Positions 60,401 to 64,000 of a stretch of 64,000 nucleotides of DNA are shown one piece after another; positions within the stretch are counted from its first letter, which is position 1, and the number at the start of each line of letters is the position of its first letter. The stretch lies in NCBI GenBank assembly GCA_028826165.1, contig JAPDFW010000092.1:62001-126000 (forward strand), in the 5' to 3' direction. A program made the position numbers and the translations under genes. The notes under the pieces are model-generated. The model made no database searches. It had not been told where the DNA came from and saw only the letters and a list, made by a program, of their open reading frames with translations. This stretch comes from Anaeramoeba ignava BMAN (taxonomy: Eukaryota > Protista > Anaeramoebae).

Positions 60401-61970
60401 TACTCGAGGAGAATTTCTTTGCTCAATGGATCGAAAAATTGCGAACATGATTGTTCCACTTATTCCCACTGAGATTTTCCAGCAAATTGACAAACAAGCT
60501 TTTGATCTGATGCCTCAATTACTTGAAGATCCAAAATACACCGAGAATCCAGACGATTTCTTCTCAAATTCCATTTCTTCTCTTCAATTCTTATCTCAAT
60601 CAACTGATTGGATTTCTTCTCAAAACGAGAAACTACTTCAAACACTTGAAGCCTTTATGAGCCAAACTTACTTCAATTCAACAAAACAACTAATCACAAG
60701 GCTAGCAACATCGCGGATGGAATTTATTACTTTATGGAACTCTCTTGTGCAAACGCTCTCAGCTATCGAAGTTTCCACAAGAGATGCTGAAAACAACAAA
60801 ATCACATCCACACAACAATTTCTCTTGCGATCTCTATTTCGAATATGCTCTCTATTCGGTCGTCATAATCAAACTGGAGTTGAATTGCGAAATTATTTCC
60901 GATCCTCTATATTCAATTTCTTATCCAAAGGTGATCCAATGGAAAAATACTTCGTCCATCCATCAAAAACAGATCTCTTTCTTGCTGTTGTTTCTTTATC
61001 TTCTTTATTCCCCACAAGCTTCCCTTCAAATCTCCAATTCTTGCAAATTTGCAAGCTTGTTTTCCCTGCTTTGGTTTATCAAGCTTTAACAACATTTGGA
61101 ATGGCAAATGAAAAATCAACATTTGAAAATTCGATCCAAAAGTTCCCACTTTTTAAAATGGGAAATATTAAATCAAATGAGTTATCTGTAATATCAAATG
61201 ACAGTGTTTTATTGGAAGAAAAGGAAGTTGTTTCACAAATTGAACGATACATTGTTCCTTTTCTTCGCAAATTGTATCTTTTCAAAATGATTTGTGTTGA
61301 TCAAACCACTTCTACTCAGGCAACAATCTTCGAAGAAACCAATTACGCAACGCTTGCACTCAAACTTGATTTACCGCAATCATTGCACTCCATTCTGTCT
61401 CAACCTCCTTCTTCATGGAACACTGTTTATTCCAAATGGGCGCCGTTATCTTTATCTTTGCCGAGCCAAAAAAGTTTTATTCTTTCTTATTGCGATCCAA
61501 TTTCTTTTGTTCAATTCCCAGAAGTTTTCCAAGAAATTTGGCGTAGATATGAACTTAGTGATGAAGTTGATGGAAAAGTAATTCCAAAACAAGCGGGAAT
61601 GTGTTTGATAACTGGAGAAATTGTTAATTTACTACCGAATAAAACAATACAAGAAAAAGATCAAAAAAATGTTATTGATATTCGAACTCATTCTCATTTA
61701 ATGGGAGGAAATGGTTTATATCTTTGCATAAGAGGAAAATATGCCTCAGGAATTATCACTTATCTTGATGGATTTGGTTCTTTGAATATTGTTTCTCCTT
61801 ATAAGGATCAATGGCATGAAACTGATGTTGGTGTTTTTAGAGGAAAAACTCTTAATTTGGATCTTCAAAGAATGAAAGATTTAAAATTGCTTTTTATTAA
61901 TCATGAATTGTTTAATGAGATTATTAGAACTAGAGAAGCTCATCCAAAATTTTCTTTATTTAGAGATTAA
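54458..61970 (+). CDS. UBR-box RING E3 ligase (UBR1/2/3, PRT6-type N-recognin), about 1876 aa. Exons 54458-54517, 54637-54820, 56173-56307, 56391-56399, 56728-61970
   Basis: UBR box CGKSW..YQCRTCGLDP..ICVDCF..HEGHDY..GMCDCGDSEAW..GFCKNH. Also VSMHFPLHR, IWVRNG, LRREIIHIL..THSEL, a split RING (CVLC..CGHIVHYDC..EFLC) and C-terminal SPY.D...ETD.G..RG. Confidence 0.92.
54821..56172 (+). repeat. UBR intron 2 (1352 nt) filled with (AATTC)n
   Basis: Direct reading. Confidence 0.9.
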
Positions 61971-62044
61971 ACAATCCACAAATTCCCTTTTTTTTTTCCA
62001 ATTTTTCTTTTCTTTTTGAAACAAAATTTTTACAAATAAAAAGA

Positions 62045-64000
62045 TTTTAATTTTTAAATATAAATATTTAATATAAAATATAAATCTATTTAATTAGAAT
62101 ATTTATAATAAAATTAATTAAAATATTTAATTAAATTATATTTAATTTTTAAATATAAAATTAATAAATAATTTTATTAATAATTTAGTAATAAAAATTA
62201 ATATAAATATTTAATATAAATTATAAATCTATTTAATCAGAATATTTATAATAAAATTAATTAAAATATTTAATTAAATTATTATTTAATTTTTAAATAT
62301 AAAATTAATAAATAATTTTATTAATAATTTAGTAATAAAAATTAATATAAATATTTAATATAAATTATAAATCTATTTAATCAGAATATTTATAATAAAA
62401 TTAATTAAATTATTTAATTAAATTATTATTTAATTTTAAATATAAAATTAATAAATAATTTTATTAATAATTTAATAATAAAAATTAATATAAATATTTA
62501 TTATAAATTATAAATCTATTTAATTAGAATATTTATAATAAAATTAATTAAATTATTTAATTTAATTATTATTTAATTATTAAATATAAAATTTATAAAT
62601 AATTTTATTAATAATTTAATAACAAAAATTAATATAAATATTTAATATAAAATATAAATCTATTTATTAAGAATATTTATAATAAAATTAATTAAATTAT
62701 TTAATTAAATTATTATTTAATTTTTAAATATAAAATTAATAAATATTTTTATTAAAAATTTAATAATAAAAATTAATATAAATATTTAATATAAATTATA
62801 AATCTATTTAATTAGAATATTTATAATAAAATTAATTAAAATAGTTAATTTAATTATTATTTAATTTTTAAATATAAAATTAATAAATAATTTTATAAAT
62901 AATTTAATAATAAAAATTAATATAAATATTTAATATAAATTATAAATCTATTTAATTAGAATATTTATAATAAAATTAATTAAAATATTTAATTAAATTA
63001 TTATTTAATTATTAAATATAAAATTAATAAATAATTTTATTAATAATTTAATAATAAAAATTAATATAAATATTTATTATAAAATATAAATCTATTTAAT
63101 TAGAATATTTATAATAAAATTAATTAAATTATTTAATTAAATTATTATTTAATTTTTAAATATAAAATTAATAAATATTTTTATAAAAAAATTAATAATA
63201 AAAATTAATATAAATATTTATTATAAAAATATAAATCTATTTAATTAGAATATTTATAATAAAATTAATTAAAATATTTAATTTAATTATTATTTAATTT
63301 TTAAATATAAAATTAATAAATAATTTTATTAATAATTTAATAATAAAAATAAATATAAATATTTAATATAAAATATAAATCTATTTAATTAGAATATTTA
63401 TAATAAAATTAATTAAAATAGTTAATTAAATTATTATTTAATTTTTAAATATAAAATTAATAAATATTTTTATAAATAATTTAATAATAAAAATTAATAT
63501 AAATATTTAATATAAATTATAAATCTATTTAATTAGAATATTTATAATAAAATTAATTAAAATAGTTAATTAAATTATTATTTAATTATTAAATATAAAA
63601 TTAATAAATAATTTTATTAATAATTTAATAATAAAAATTAATATAAATATTTATTATAAAATATAAATCTATTTAATTAGAATATTTATAATAAAAATTA
63701 ATTAAAATATTTAATTAAATTATTATTTAATTTTTAAATATAAAATTAATAAATATTTTTATAAAAATTAATAATAAAAATTAATATAAATATTTAATAT
63801 AAATTATAAATCTATTTAATTAGAATATTTATAATAAAATTAATTAAAATATTTAATTTAATTATTATTTAATTTTTAAATATAAAATTAATAAATAATT
63901 TTTTATTAATAATTTAATAATAAAAATAAATATAAATATTTAATATAAAATATAAATCTATTTAATTAGAATATTTATAATAAAATTAATTAAAATAGTT
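62045..64000. repeat. Homogeneous 144-bp satellite, at least 14 copies, running off the window
   Basis: The C of AAATCTATT lies at 62086, 62229, 62373, 62516, 62660, 62804, 62948, 63092, 63237, 63381, 63525, 63669, 63812 and 63958. Confidence 0.95.

Noticed and set aside
1-64000. Alternative genetic code, inteins, transposases or telomeric repeats
   Set aside because: TAA, TGA and TAG all end genes at plausible positions, and no Hint, RT or DDE motifs or G-rich telomere arrays were seen.

Overview
Gene-dense, very AT-rich eukaryotic (protist) nuclear DNA in the standard genetic code, with no prokaryotic features. Manual splicing gives 19 protein genes, 25 GT-AG introns and one tRNA-Arg(CCG). 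The genes are: a 5'-truncated BEACH/pseudokinase/HEAT/WD40 protein, an orphan, CDC27/APC3, three RCC1-BTB paralogues around a divergent actin, a RasGEF with talin F0/F1-like domains, eIF3h, RPL10A, a multi-TM protein with 11-aa repeats, a SPRING1/C12orf49 homologue, cofilin, two CH-domain plus PH-like-repeat paralogues, a Ras GTPase, MFSD1, a vWA protein and a UBR E3 ligase. Long introns and 3' flanks are filled with private simple repeats, and there are two ~144-bp-period satellites. The RCC1-BTB expansion, N/Q/E tracts and TCATTT motifs suggest an Anaeramoeba-like metamonad, but this is an unverified inference. Best leads: surface-hypervariable RCC1-BTB adaptors, the talin-head/RasGEF fusion, a 9-nt micro-exon in the UBR box, AG-free repeat-filled introns, and the nucleosome-length satellites. 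All gene models were read by eye and no searches were run.
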